DNA of 32,000 bases from Pseudoalteromonas translucida KMM 520 (GCF_001465295.1 NZ_CP011034.1:1020001-1052000); one strand, 5' to 3'. Shown: positions 1 to 8,487, counted from the stretch's first letter. Numbers and translations: made by a program. Notes: a model not told the origin generated them from the letters alone.

Positions 1-37
1 GAGAAAAACTTAACTAATACGCGCTGTTTATCAACGC

Positions 38-80
38 AAAAAAACGGGTTGCATCCTTCGGGTTGCAACCCGTTTTGGTT
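38..80. terminator. Strong bidirectional rho-independent terminator, with the better U-tract on the minus strand
   Basis: An 11-bp perfect stem pairs aacgggttgca (43-53) with tgcaacccgtt (64-74). The apex is cc-TTCG-gg. Seven A (38-44) lie upstream, giving a U7 tract on the minus strand, and TTTT lies downstream on the plus strand. Confidence 0.8.
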
Positions 81-402
81 TCTATAACATAAAATTTCAG
101 GCTAAATGCTAAAGCTCAAACTCAAACTAAAGATAAAACCACAGCCGTTGGACTAGAAGCAGCACTGTAGTTATATTTACTGGCATAGTTAGGCTTCCTT
201 TATTGCTAAACACAAAGTTCACCCCGATAAAATCTTCATCAATGCGTGTTTTAACACCTTTTTAACTTACCCGCAGAATACGTAATAACCCAATTAACGC
301 CAGCATAGTAATAATTTTGCTCAAGCAAAACTTAAGCTCAATACACCTAAGCCAAATAAATAAAGTGCAACAAATAAAAAACGGCTGATGGATTATAGTA
401 TT

Positions 403-599
403 AAACCTGAACTCTGGTTAAGAGATTTACTAACGTATTGAATCATATTTATATTTAATTTTATTTTCTCTAGCCAGAGGTTTTCAGTGAAAACAAGGCG
501 AATTTACGCGTCAATAGCTGGCCTATTGCAAGAAAATTCAACGTAGTTAGCGCTGAAAATAGCTGCTTGAGATAAGTTTATTATCCGGAGCTCAGGTTT
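403..599 (+). mobile_element. MITE-like non-coding repeat, copy A (~195 bp, imperfect ~15-nt terminal inverted repeats)
   Basis: The left end aaacctgaactctgg matches the reverse complement of the right end, aaacctgagctccgg, at 13 of 15 positions. There is no ORF inside. The element is nearly identical (about 8-10 differences by hand alignment) to the reverse complement of 11167-11361. Confidence 0.7.
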
Positions 600-693
600 T
601 TTAAGGAAATAGGATGATGAAAATCGCTCAAAAAGAGGGCGCTAAGTGTAATTAGGTTATAACTTGAAGGGTATTGGGTGGGCAGTAAAGATT

Positions 694-724
694 GCGGTAA
701 GGGCGCTTTATACGACCTTACCGC
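694..724 (-). terminator. Possible weak terminator hairpin downstream of the MscS-family gene
   Basis: A 9-bp stem pairs gcggtaagg (694-702) with ccttaccgc (716-724) around a 13-nt loop. The following minus-strand sequence (aaucuuuac) is only a weak U-tract. Confidence 0.35.
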
Positions 725-765
725 GACTATGTTATTAGGCTAGTTGAACCTATGCACAATATAAA

Positions 766-1599
766 TTACTTAACGTTATGAACATGTACATCGCGTTGTG
801 GGAAAGGAATAGAAATACCTTCTTTATCAAACGCTTTTTTCACTTTTTCTTGCATGTCCCAGTAGTAAGGCCATAAGTCACCTGTGGCAACCCAAGCGCG
901 GAACATTAAGTTAACTGAGTTATCGCCAAGGCTGGCAACACAAATACGCGGTCCAGGCTCTGTTAAAGAGCGCTCGTCTTCTTCAAATAAGCGTTTTAAG
1001 ATAGCCTTTGCCGTATCTATGTCATCGTTATACGAAATCCCAAAGGTCATATCACAGCGGCGTTTGTCATAAATACTCACGTTTACTAGTGCCGCATTTG
1101 ATAGGCTGCCGTTTGGAATAACAATGCGGCGGTTATCGAAGGTATCTACTACTGTGTATAAAATTTGAATTTCGACAACTGCGCCCGTGAAGCCCTGTGC
1201 TTCGATAGTATCGCCAACCTTGAACGGTTTAAATATTAGCAACAGCACACCGCCAGCAAAGTTAGCTAGACTGCCTTGCAGTGCAAGACCTATTGCCAGG
1301 CCTGCAGCACCAATTACTGCGATGAATGAGGTGGTTTCGATACCCACCATAGAGGCCACCGAAATAAGTAGCATAATTTTTACTATAGCGCTAATTAAGC
1401 CACACAAAAACTTGTTTAGTGTTGGATCTTTTTTGCCTAGTCGATTATCTAAAACCTTAATAAAGCGGTTGATCAGCCATAGGCCAACCAGTAAAGTAAT
1501 AATAGCGAGCACAAATTTTGGTGCGTAAGTCATAACGAGTGATATGGCTTGGTCTATTAATTGTGAAGCATCTACATCTGTTCCTAAAACTTCTTCCAT
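766..1599 (-). CDS. Small-conductance mechanosensitive channel, MscS family (277 aa from the ATG at 1599)
   Basis: The translation has three N-terminal TM helices followed by the MscS beta-domain signature (LLLIFKPFKVGDTIE...GAVVEIQILYTVVDTFDNRRIVIPNG). I moved the start to MEEVLG at 1599, which has AGGA upstream. The ORF-track start at 1671 adds 24 unlikely residues. Confidence 0.85.
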   Translation of the reverse strand: MEEVLGTDVDASQLIDQAISLVMTYAPKFVLAIITLLVGLWLINRFIKVLDNRLGKKDPTLNKFLCGLISAIVKIMLLISVASMVGIETTSFIAVIGAAGLAIGLALQGSLANFAGGVLLLIFKPFKVGDTIEAQGFTGAVVEIQILYTVVDTFDNRRIVIPNGSLSNAALVNVSIYDKRRCDMTFGISYNDDIDTAKAILKRLFEEDERSLTEPGPRICVASLGDNSVNLMFRAWVATGDLWPYYWDMQEKVKKAFDKEGISIPFPQRDVHVHNVK

Positions 1600-1718
1600 T
1601 TTGTGGGTCCTGTTTATTTTAATTACTATATTGAATAATATAAGAATAAACGTGATAACTCCACTATGCAATAAAACGCAGGCTTTTTAGCTTGCTGATT
1701 TGCTTTTATTGACTGCGG

Positions 1719-1751
1719 CTTTAGGGTAAATAATCAATATTTACCCTAAAG
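1719..1751. promoter_or_regulatory. Perfect 14-bp inverted repeat with a 5-nt spacer in the divergent mscS/tyrA intergenic region; candidate operator of unknown regulator
   Basis: ctttagggtaaata (1719-1732), atcaa, tatttaccctaaag (1738-1751). It lies about 120 nt upstream of the mscS-family start and about 150 nt upstream of the tyrA start. Confidence 0.4.
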
Positions 1752-1900
1752 GTATTCGGTGCTTCTCAATGTATTGTTTTTCAACTTAACCTTTTACTTA
1801 TTTAGCCTTTTATCAGGCTATTGATCCTGTTAGTATTTATCGTATTGATTAGTTTACTTTTATGTAAACTTAAGTTGGCATTTTTGCTTTTTAAGGTGGT

Positions 1901-3040
1901 ATGCAAGTGGCGGATATAAATGATTTAGCCCAGTTAAGAGTGGGTATTGATGAGTGTGATACACAGTTGGTGGCATTGCTGGCAAGGCGTAATTCGCTTA
2001 CTCAAAAAATTGGTGCAATAAAGCAGCAAACTGGTGCGCCACTTCATGCACCCGACCGTGAAGCTGATTTATTAGCTGCAAGGCGCCAAGAAGCAATTAA
2101 TCAGGGAGTAAGCCCAGAGTTAGTTGAAGATATTCTTAGGCGCATGATGCGCGAAGCGTATCAAAACCAGCAAGCTAAACTCGCGTGTGCTGCACCGCAT
2201 TTGTCACCTATTGTTATTGTGGGTGGGCAAGGTGCGATGGGGCAATTATTTACCAAGCAATTTCAGCGCTCTGGTTACGAAGTGAAAACCCTTGATAAGC
2301 AAGATCAAGCAAACGCTGCAGCAATTTTAAAGGGCGCTAAATTAGTACTGTTAAGTGTACCTATTAATGCGTTAGAAACGGTAGTTGCTGAGCTACCTAA
2401 GTTAGATGAAGGGTGTTTGTTGGTAGATATAACGTCAGTTAAGCAAGCGCCAATTAAAGCACTAAAAGCAGCGCATAGCGGCCCAGTTGTAGGGCTGCAC
2501 CCTATGTTTGGCCCAGATATTTCGCACTGGGTTAAGCAAACAGTGGTGGTGTGTGAAGGGCGTGACCATGATGTTGCACAGGGCTTGTTAGCACAGTTGC
2601 AAGTATGGGGTTGCCAGCTAGTTGAACTTGATGCGAAAAAACACGACGAAGCAATGCAAATAATTCAGGTAATGCGCCATTTAACTACCTTTGTATATGG
2701 GCAGTTTTTAGCAAAACAAAGTCATACACTAGCAGAGCTACGCAGCTGTTCATCACCTATTTATCAATTAGAGTTAATGATGGTTGGGCGCTTATTTGCG
2801 CAATCGCCAGAGTTATATTCAGATATTATGCTGGCGCAATTTGATAATGTAGAGAGCTTGCTGGCGCAGTATCAACAGACTTTTGCAGACACACTTAAAA
2901 AGTTAAAAGCAGGAGATAAGCCCGCACTTATTGATGCCTTTGCTGATGCGAAAGCTTATTTTTCAGATTCGACAGCACACTTTTTAACCCAAAGTCGCAG
3001 TTTGTTAAATAAAGCGAATGACGCAAAAGTGCTAGATTAA
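1901..3040 (+). CDS. tyrA: Bifunctional chorismate mutase / prephenate dehydrogenase (T-protein)
   Basis: The 379-aa translation is colinear with E. coli TyrA: an N-terminal CM_2 domain (LRVGIDECDTQLVALLARR), the GGQGAMG dinucleotide fold, GLHPMFGP and SSPIYQLELMMVGRLFAQSPELYSDI. The RBS aaggtgg lies 4 nt upstream of the ATG. Confidence 0.95.
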   Translation: MQVADINDLAQLRVGIDECDTQLVALLARRNSLTQKIGAIKQQTGAPLHAPDREADLLAARRQEAINQGVSPELVEDILRRMMREAYQNQQAKLACAAPHLSPIVIVGGQGAMGQLFTKQFQRSGYEVKTLDKQDQANAAAILKGAKLVLLSVPINALETVVAELPKLDEGCLLVDITSVKQAPIKALKAAHSGPVVGLHPMFGPDISHWVKQTVVVCEGRDHDVAQGLLAQLQVWGCQLVELDAKKHDEAMQIIQVMRHLTTFVYGQFLAKQSHTLAELRSCSSPIYQLELMMVGRLFAQSPELYSDIMLAQFDNVESLLAQYQQTFADTLKKLKAGDKPALIDAFADAKAYFSDSTAHFLTQSRSLLNKANDAKVLD

Positions 3041-3052
3041 AACGGGTAAAAC

Positions 3053-3080
3053 AAAAAAGGGCTTAATCAAGCCCTTTTTA
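3053..3080. terminator. Bidirectional terminator between convergent tyrA and pheA
   Basis: The stem pairs gggctt (3059-3064) with aagccc (3069-3074) around the loop aatc. An A6 run lies upstream and a T5 run downstream, so it can work on both strands. Confidence 0.75.
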
Positions 3081-3098
3081 CATTATAAGCCTTGCTCT

Positions 3099-4259
3099 CT
3101 ATTGCGTATTTACACTCACAGCTTGAAGCGTTTCGCTTTGGTAGCAGCCTAAAATACGTACGTACTGGGTGTACTCTTTTAGCTCCTCTAATGCATCTTT
3201 TACTTGGCTGTCGGCAAGGTTTGCTTCTAAGTCGACGTAAAACACTTCTTCCCATGGGTTACCCGGCATAGGGCGAGACTCTAACTTAACCAAATTAATT
3301 TTATGTTGTTTAAAAATCATTAATGCATCGGCAAGTGAACCCGCTTGCTGCTTAGTGGCCATAATTAAGCTGGTTTTAGTGGGTATTTGCTTTGATACCT
3401 GCAATGGCTTACGCGCTACAACAATAAAGCGGCTGTGGTTTTCGCTTTGGTTTGCTAAGTTGGATTTAATCACTTCGAGGCCTACATTTTTACCTGCTTG
3501 GGCAGAGCCAATAGCGGCACTGTTTGGCGTGTTTAATGCTGATTGCAGGGCACTTGAAGTTGAGTCACAGGTTTCGTGTTGTAGCTCACCAAGGCCTTGT
3601 AAAAAGCGGCTACATTGCGCAAATGGCTGCGGATGAGCAAATATTTTTGTAAGTTGGCTAAGCTCAGTATCTGGGTTAGCAAGTAAGCAATGTTCAACAC
3701 TGTGCGTTACTTCACCAACAATAGACACTTGTGCATGTTGTAGTAAATCAAATACTTCGTTGATACTGCCTGAACTGGTGTTTTCAATAGGTAGCAAACC
3801 AAAATCGGCTTGGCCGTTTTCTACTTTACCGGTAATTTCGTCAAACGAGCTACAGCCTATTTCAACTAATTTACCAGGGCGACGGCTAAAATATTTATGA
3901 CAGGCCAACTGGCTGTATGAGCCTTGCCCACCTAAATACGTAACTCGATGGGTTTCGCTTAACGCGTCGGGGTTAAGGTTTTTTTGCAGCATAGCTTGTT
4001 GATGTAATACTGAGTCTTCCAATATAGTTTGAAAAACATTATTTACGTAATAGGCATCTAAACCTAACGATTTACCATAACCTATTAGTTTTTCTAGTAG
4101 TGCTAATTCACGGGCTTCATCACGAATCGGTTTATTGTTCGCTATTTTATATTCCACCACACCATGGCTAATACGACGTCGTTTGGCTAGTAAAACCAGT
4201 AAATCAGAATCTATCTCATTTATATCGTGTCGAAGTGTATTTAGTACGTCATTGCTCAT
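3099..4259 (-). CDS. pheA: Bifunctional chorismate mutase / prephenate dehydratase (P-protein)
   Basis: The 386-aa translation has an N-terminal CM_2 domain (LRHDINEIDSDLLVLLAKRR), a PDT domain (YLGGQGSYSQLA...IENTSSGSI) and a C-terminal ACT domain (ESRPMPGNPWEEVFYVD). The RBS gaggaaag lies upstream of the ATG. Confidence 0.95.
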   Translation of the reverse strand: MSNDVLNTLRHDINEIDSDLLVLLAKRRRISHGVVEYKIANNKPIRDEARELALLEKLIGYGKSLGLDAYYVNNVFQTILEDSVLHQQAMLQKNLNPDALSETHRVTYLGGQGSYSQLACHKYFSRRPGKLVEIGCSSFDEITGKVENGQADFGLLPIENTSSGSINEVFDLLQHAQVSIVGEVTHSVEHCLLANPDTELSQLTKIFAHPQPFAQCSRFLQGLGELQHETCDSTSSALQSALNTPNSAAIGSAQAGKNVGLEVIKSNLANQSENHSRFIVVARKPLQVSKQIPTKTSLIMATKQQAGSLADALMIFKQHKINLVKLESRPMPGNPWEEVFYVDLEANLADSQVKDALEELKEYTQYVRILGCYQSETLQAVSVNTQ

Positions 4260-4300
4260 TTGGCTTTCCTCATTCCAAAAGTATGCTGTTAATACAGCAA

Positions 4301-4331
4301 AAACAAAAAAGCCTCCCGGTTGGGAGGCTTT
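4301..4331 (-). terminator. pheA attenuator (leader terminator)
   Basis: The minus strand reads aaaGCCUCCC-aacc-GGGAGGC-UUUUUUGUUU, a 7-bp GC-rich stem (4311-4317 with 4322-4328) plus a U-tract. It sits between the Phe-rich leader ORF and the pheA start. An upstream AGAGGCU segment (about 4362-4370) copies the 3' arm and could form the antiterminator with the 5' arm. Confidence 0.8.
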
Positions 4332-4372
4332 GCTATTCGATTGATTTTATCTCACAAACAGTTCAGCCTCTT

Positions 4373-4426
4373 CTATATAAAGAAGCTAAAAAACGAAAAA
4401 AAAGTAACTGCGTAAGTAATGTTCAT
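4373..4426 (-). CDS. pheL: Phe-rich leader peptide of the pheA attenuator (17 aa: MNITYAVTFFSFFSFFI)
   Basis: My hand translation of the minus strand is ATG AAC ATT ACT TAC GCA GTT ACT TTT TTT TCG TTT TTT AGC TTC TTT ATA TAG. Six of the last nine sense codons are Phe. The ORF is followed by alternative hairpins and the terminator at 4301-4331, which is the classic pheL/pheA arrangement. Confidence 0.75.
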   Translation of the reverse strand: MNITYAVTFFSFFSFFI

Positions 4427-4432
4427 GCTGAT

Positions 4433-4461
4433 AATGTATGGAGAGTTACTGTTAATGTCAA
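4433..4461 (-). promoter_or_regulatory. Sigma70-type promoter candidate for pheL-pheA (TTGACA-N17-TACATT)
   Basis: On the minus strand, TTGACA (4461-4456) is followed by a 17-nt spacer and TACATT (4438-4433). The -10 element ends 6 nt before the pheL ATG. Confidence 0.45.
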
Positions 4462-4697
4462 CAGCGCTTTTGTTAAATAACTTAAGCTCTGAAAAATAAA
4501 TCTATCTCTAGTGGCTATTTTCAACGTTAATTGTGTTGGATTTACTTGTAATAAGCCGTGATTGTTGCATAAATTTGTCTTCTCCCTTTTGTTTTTTTAT
4601 ATAGTTTACAAATAATTTATAAATATGATCTTGGATCTGGTATATTTCTATTACTGGTTCAAATAATAATAATTATTAATAATAAAAAGGTTAGCCT

Positions 4698-7600
4698 GTG
4701 GTGTATCGACGCCCCCCATCTCGTTTCGGGATAAACTCACTTAGCGTCAAGTTGTCATTGTTGATTTCTGCAATATGTTTAATTGCTGGAGTGTGTGCAG
4801 CTGCGTTAATGCTCAAATCTGAAGAAAAACAACTGGTTTTTGAAGAGCATGAAGTATTAAAGCAATCTAACGAATTACTTATAAAACAATTCAAAAACTT
4901 AATTAACACTAAAATCAAAGTTGCTGAGCAAGCAAATATAGTCGTAGGTGAGCAGCTATTTAGTGATCAGTTATCGTTAATAAACAATAAAGTAAATACG
5001 CTGCAATTCAATAATGACGGTACGGTACGCAGCGCCTCTACTGATGGGCTTTCGGCTGCATTTATCCCACAAACTAGCTATACCCCTTTTTATAAACAAT
5101 TAATATCAGACTCTGAAACGCTCTGGAAAATTATATCGCCAACACTTACTCAAGATTTTTTTAATTTTTACCTAATTACGAAAGATAACTTTATTCGCAT
5201 AGCGCCGCCTAACGAGGCTTTAAATGCGCCAGCTAATTATACATTTACACAAAGTACGCGCTTTAATTACGCTAAGGCGCTTACTAATCCTCAACATAGG
5301 CCTGTTTGGTCTAAAGTTTATTACGATAATATATGGCAAAAATGGGCTATTAGCTTAACGGTTCCTATTTATAAAGAGGGTGAGTTTTTAGGTGTTACTG
5401 GCAGCGACATCGCGCTAAAAACATTAATTTCGCAACTGGCAATTGGTGGCAAAGAAAAACACTTAGTGGTATTTGACAGCCAAGGGCAGTTATTAGCGCA
5501 CCCCAATTTAACCCAATCAAGTTATGCACAATATGGTAAAGCAGGTAAACAGCTACTCCCTGAGGACTTTATTGATCCCACATTACAAGTAATTGTAGAT
5601 GATGCGATTAAAATGCAACTGCCCGAATATGCCGACTCATTCAAATTAAATAATGAAGCGCATATTATTAATATTCATAAAGTAGATGGCTTAGATTGGT
5701 ATGTAGGGGTATATAAAAAGCGTTCTTCAACATTCTCAGCGTTAGCAGATTTAAAGATGAAGTTTTTTGGGCTATTTATACTATATGCCATTTTAGTCGC
5801 CTTACTCTTACATCAAGCACTTTATCAGCTAGTACTTAGGCGTATACATTCTTTGGTTTATGCTGTTACCAATTTTGGTCAAGGCCAGTTACAAATAGAG
5901 TTTCCAAAAGAAAACAAAGATGAAATAGGCACTCTCAACGGCTCATTTAAAGACATGACCATTGAAATCAGAAAGCTAATAGATGGGCTTAATCAGCGTA
6001 TTATTGAAAAAGAAATTGCAGAAAAAGCAGCCAGGCGACTATCCAAAGCCGTGGCGTTTTCTGGTACTGGTGTGGTGATCACCGATAAAAACTTTGTCAT
6101 TGAATATGTAAATCCTAAAATGCTCGAAATGACCAGTTTTTCAGAGGAGCACTTTAATCGTTCGCCTTTATTAAGCATTATTGCGAGCGAAATGGCTATA
6201 TTAATTGATGATATAGATGTTGATTTACGCAGTCGTAATTGTTGGCGTGGCGACACCTTAATTGCAAGCAATAATAAAGCGCCTATTTGGGTTTCTTTAA
6301 GTATTTCACCTATTCGTGAAGATGACGGAACAATTACCAGTTACGTAGCCTCTGCGCAGGATATTTCGTTTGTTAAAGAAAGCCAGCGTAAAATGGAGCA
6401 GCTTGCTTATTTTGATACTTTAACAGGGCTTGCTAATCGTACCTTTTTTAGAATGCAGTTACGTAAATCGATGGCGCTCGCTGAACGCGGACATTATGCC
6501 TTTGCATTGTTTTATTTTGATTTAGATGAATTTAAACGTATTAACGATACCCTAGGCCATAATGCAGGCGATCAATTACTTGTTGAAGTTGCAAATAGAT
6601 TAAAGCAGCGACTAAGAGCCGAGGATACTATTGCGCGTTTAGGCGGTGATGAGTTTGCTATATTACTCAGTGGCATTGAGCATCAAGAGCATGCAACCGA
6701 AGTGGCAAATACCATTCAAAAAACCCTCAATGAGCCTATTCAACTTGGCAGCAACGAAGTTATTATTAGTGCCAGTATAGGCATTACTATGGCGCCATAC
6801 GACAGCCAAGAAGAAGACCAACTGTTAAAGCATGCCGATTTAGCCATGTATGAAGCAAAAGCAAAAGGGCGCAACACCTTTCACTTTTATAGCCAAGAGC
6901 TCAATACTGCGGCAAATGAGCGCTTGTTTATAGAAAACGAGCTACGCCAAGCGATAAAAGATAAACAACTGACGGTTTATTACCAGCCGCAGATTGATAG
7001 CCGCACTCAGCTTGTAGTGGGTTACGAAGCATTACTACGTTGGTTTCATCCAACTGAAGGGGCGATTGCACCTACTAAATTTATACCCATTGCAGAAGCT
7101 ACCGGTTTAATTGTTGAATTGGGAGAATGGGTATTACACCAAGCGTGTAATTTTGCAGTTAAGTTAGAGCGCCAAGGTAGAGCGAGTAATATTGCGATTA
7201 ACTTATCGGCCAGACAGTTTAAAGATGCCAGCTTATTACCTACCCTGAAAAAAATAATAGCCAGTACACAGGTATCGGCTAAAAGCCTACATTTAGAATT
7301 AACCGAAAGTATGCTGATGGGCAATGTAGAAGCCGCTATAGCACAACTACACGAATTAAAGGGACTCGGTGTTTCTATTTCTATTGATGACTTTGGCACT
7401 GGTTACTCTTCATTAAGTTACTTGAAGCGTTTTCCGGTGGATATTCTTAAAATTGACCGCTCATTTATAAAAGACATTCCAGACGATAATAACGATATGG
7501 CAATAACAGCGGCAATTATAGCCATGGCACAAAAACTAAAACTCGATGTGGTTGCCGAAGGGGTAGAAACTGTGGAGCAAGTAGAGTTTTTGAAAAATAA

Positions 7601-7706
7601 CAATTGCTTCATAGTGCAAGGCTATTATTTTAGCCCGCCAATTGCAGAGTGCGATTTACCCACGCTTTTTGAACGATTAGAGCAAATGGCGAAGGACGAA
7701 AAATAA
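4698..7706 (+). CDS. Membrane sensor diguanylate cyclase/phosphodiesterase (TM - periplasmic Cache-like domain - TM - HAMP - PAS - GGDEF - EAL)
   Basis: 1002 aa. Two hydrophobic segments flank a ~300-aa periplasmic region. A HAMP-like linker and a PAS domain follow, then an intact GGDEF motif (RLGGDEFAILL) with RAED five residues upstream (I-site). EAL motifs are intact (EALLRW, DDFGTGYSSLSYLK, EGVE). The GTG start at 4698 is preceded by aaaagg, but the exact start is uncertain. Confidence 0.9.
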   Translation: MVYRRPPSRFGINSLSVKLSLLISAICLIAGVCAAALMLKSEEKQLVFEEHEVLKQSNELLIKQFKNLINTKIKVAEQANIVVGEQLFSDQLSLINNKVNTLQFNNDGTVRSASTDGLSAAFIPQTSYTPFYKQLISDSETLWKIISPTLTQDFFNFYLITKDNFIRIAPPNEALNAPANYTFTQSTRFNYAKALTNPQHRPVWSKVYYDNIWQKWAISLTVPIYKEGEFLGVTGSDIALKTLISQLAIGGKEKHLVVFDSQGQLLAHPNLTQSSYAQYGKAGKQLLPEDFIDPTLQVIVDDAIKMQLPEYADSFKLNNEAHIINIHKVDGLDWYVGVYKKRSSTFSALADLKMKFFGLFILYAILVALLLHQALYQLVLRRIHSLVYAVTNFGQGQLQIEFPKENKDEIGTLNGSFKDMTIEIRKLIDGLNQRIIEKEIAEKAARRLSKAVAFSGTGVVITDKNFVIEYVNPKMLEMTSFSEEHFNRSPLLSIIASEMAILIDDIDVDLRSRNCWRGDTLIASNNKAPIWVSLSISPIREDDGTITSYVASAQDISFVKESQRKMEQLAYFDTLTGLANRTFFRMQLRKSMALAERGHYAFALFYFDLDEFKRINDTLGHNAGDQLLVEVANRLKQRLRAEDTIARLGGDEFAILLSGIEHQEHATEVANTIQKTLNEPIQLGSNEVIISASIGITMAPYDSQEEDQLLKHADLAMYEAKAKGRNTFHFYSQELNTAANERLFIENELRQAIKDKQLTVYYQPQIDSRTQLVVGYEALLRWFHPTEGAIAPTKFIPIAEATGLIVELGEWVLHQACNFAVKLERQGRASNIAINLSARQFKDASLLPTLKKIIASTQVSAKSLHLELTESMLMGNVEAAIAQLHELKGLGVSISIDDFGTGYSSLSYLKRFPVDILKIDRSFIKDIPDDNNDMAITAAIIAMAQKLKLDVVAEGVETVEQVEFLKNNNCFIVQGYYFSPPIAECDLPTLFERLEQMAKDEK

Positions 7707-7710
7707 AATT

Positions 7711-7740
7711 AAATTGCGGGTTTAGCCACCCGCAATTTTT
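7711..7740. terminator. Bidirectional terminator between the GGDEF-EAL gene and yciH; it overlaps the last yciH codons
   Basis: A 9-bp stem pairs attgcgggt (7713-7721) with acccgcaat (7728-7736). The flanks are A/T-rich on both sides (ttttt on plus, aattttatttt on minus). Confidence 0.75.
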
Positions 7741-8051
7741 ACTTTAAAGGTTAAGCTTTCTAAAATAGCTTTTAGTTTATCGCGATCATCACCTTGTACT
7801 TCAATAAGACCGTCTTTTACTGCGCCGCCTTGGCCCATTTTACTTTTCAGTGTTTTAGCTAATTTTTTTAAATCATGCTCTTTAGGATCGACTCCAACTA
7901 CTAGCATAACGCCTTTACCTTTACGTCCTTTTGTTTGGCGTTCAATACGCACAAACCCGTCTTTAAATAGTTTACCTGCAACTTCTTTCTCTGGTTTTGG
8001 TTGCTCTATTCGCCCCGTTTGTGTTGAATATACTAAGTGACTATCGCTCAT
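7722..8051 (-). CDS. yciH: SUI1/eIF1-family translation initiation factor-like protein YciH
   Basis: From MSDSHLVYSTQTGR the 109-aa translation is colinear with E. coli YciH (VRIERQTKGRKGKGVMLV...GGAVKDGLIEVQGDDRDKL...KIAGG). I moved the start from 8078 to the ATG at 8051. Confidence 0.9.
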   Translation of the reverse strand: MSDSHLVYSTQTGRIEQPKPEKEVAGKLFKDGFVRIERQTKGRKGKGVMLVVGVDPKEHDLKKLAKTLKSKMGQGGAVKDGLIEVQGDDRDKLKAILESLTFKVKIAGG

Positions 8052-8181
8052 CATTAACCTATACAAAAATTGAATCAAACAATGGCGTAAATAATAGCAA
8101 ATTTGTGTATTGATGTTTTTATTTTTGCTAATTAGTTTTAAACAGTTATATTTGATTCAAAGAATATTAATAGGACATAAT

Positions 8182-8487
8182 ATGAGTTTAACTAAAAGTA
8201 TATCGGCCGATGCAGCTACGTTAACAATACATATAAAGGGTAAGTTTGACTTTAATTTAGTGCAATCTTTTCGCCAAGCGTATGCGCAAATAGATAAAAG
8301 CATCACTAAAGTAATTATCGACCTCAGAGAAACCGATTACATGGACAGCTCAGCATTAGGTATGCTGCTAAATATGCAAAAAAGCATAGATACACAGGTC
8401 AATAAATTTGAGATCAGCAACTGCCAACCACAATTAAAAAAAATATTACAAATATCTCGGTTTGATAAAAAGTTTGATATTAACTAG
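8182..8487 (+). CDS. STAS-domain anti-sigma-factor antagonist (SpoIIAA/RsbV/HsbA-like), 101 aa
   Basis: The STAS signature, including the phosphorylatable-serine motif, is present (DLRETDYMDSSALGMLLNM). I moved the start to the ATG at 8182, which has tagga 7 nt upstream. Confidence 0.85.
   Translation: MSLTKSISADAATLTIHIKGKFDFNLVQSFRQAYAQIDKSITKVIIDLRETDYMDSSALGMLLNMQKSIDTQVNKFEISNCQPQLKKILQISRFDKKFDIN

Noticed and set aside
884-1528. Plus-strand ORFs 884-1072 and 1187-1528 lie antisense to the MscS-family gene.
   Set aside because: They are fully embedded in a well-supported gene on the other strand, their translations are Ser/Pro/Ala/Arg-rich with no motifs, and they have no RBS. They are typical shadow ORFs.
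1719-1751. The 14-bp palindrome contains GTAAA...TTTAC and could be a TyrR box.
   Set aside because: The half-sites are 9 nt apart, whereas the canonical TyrR box has them 6 nt apart (TGTAAA-N6-TTTACA). It is reported as an operator of unknown regulator. TyrR-like candidates are listed separately at 1841-1880.
1876-1887. TGGCAtttttGC upstream of tyrA, and TGGCAtttatGC at 8682-8693, resemble sigma54 -24/-12 elements.
   Set aside because: The GG to GC spacing is about 3 nt too short compared with TGGCAC-N5-TTGC, and no enhancer-binding-protein context is present.
3067-4480. ORFs 3067-3255(-), 3355-3636(+), 4135-4344(+) and 4235-4480(+) lie around or inside pheA and its leader.
   Set aside because: They overlap pheA or the attenuator and promoter region, which are better explained otherwise. 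Their translations look like out-of-frame or antisense noise, rich in Cys, Arg and Ser.
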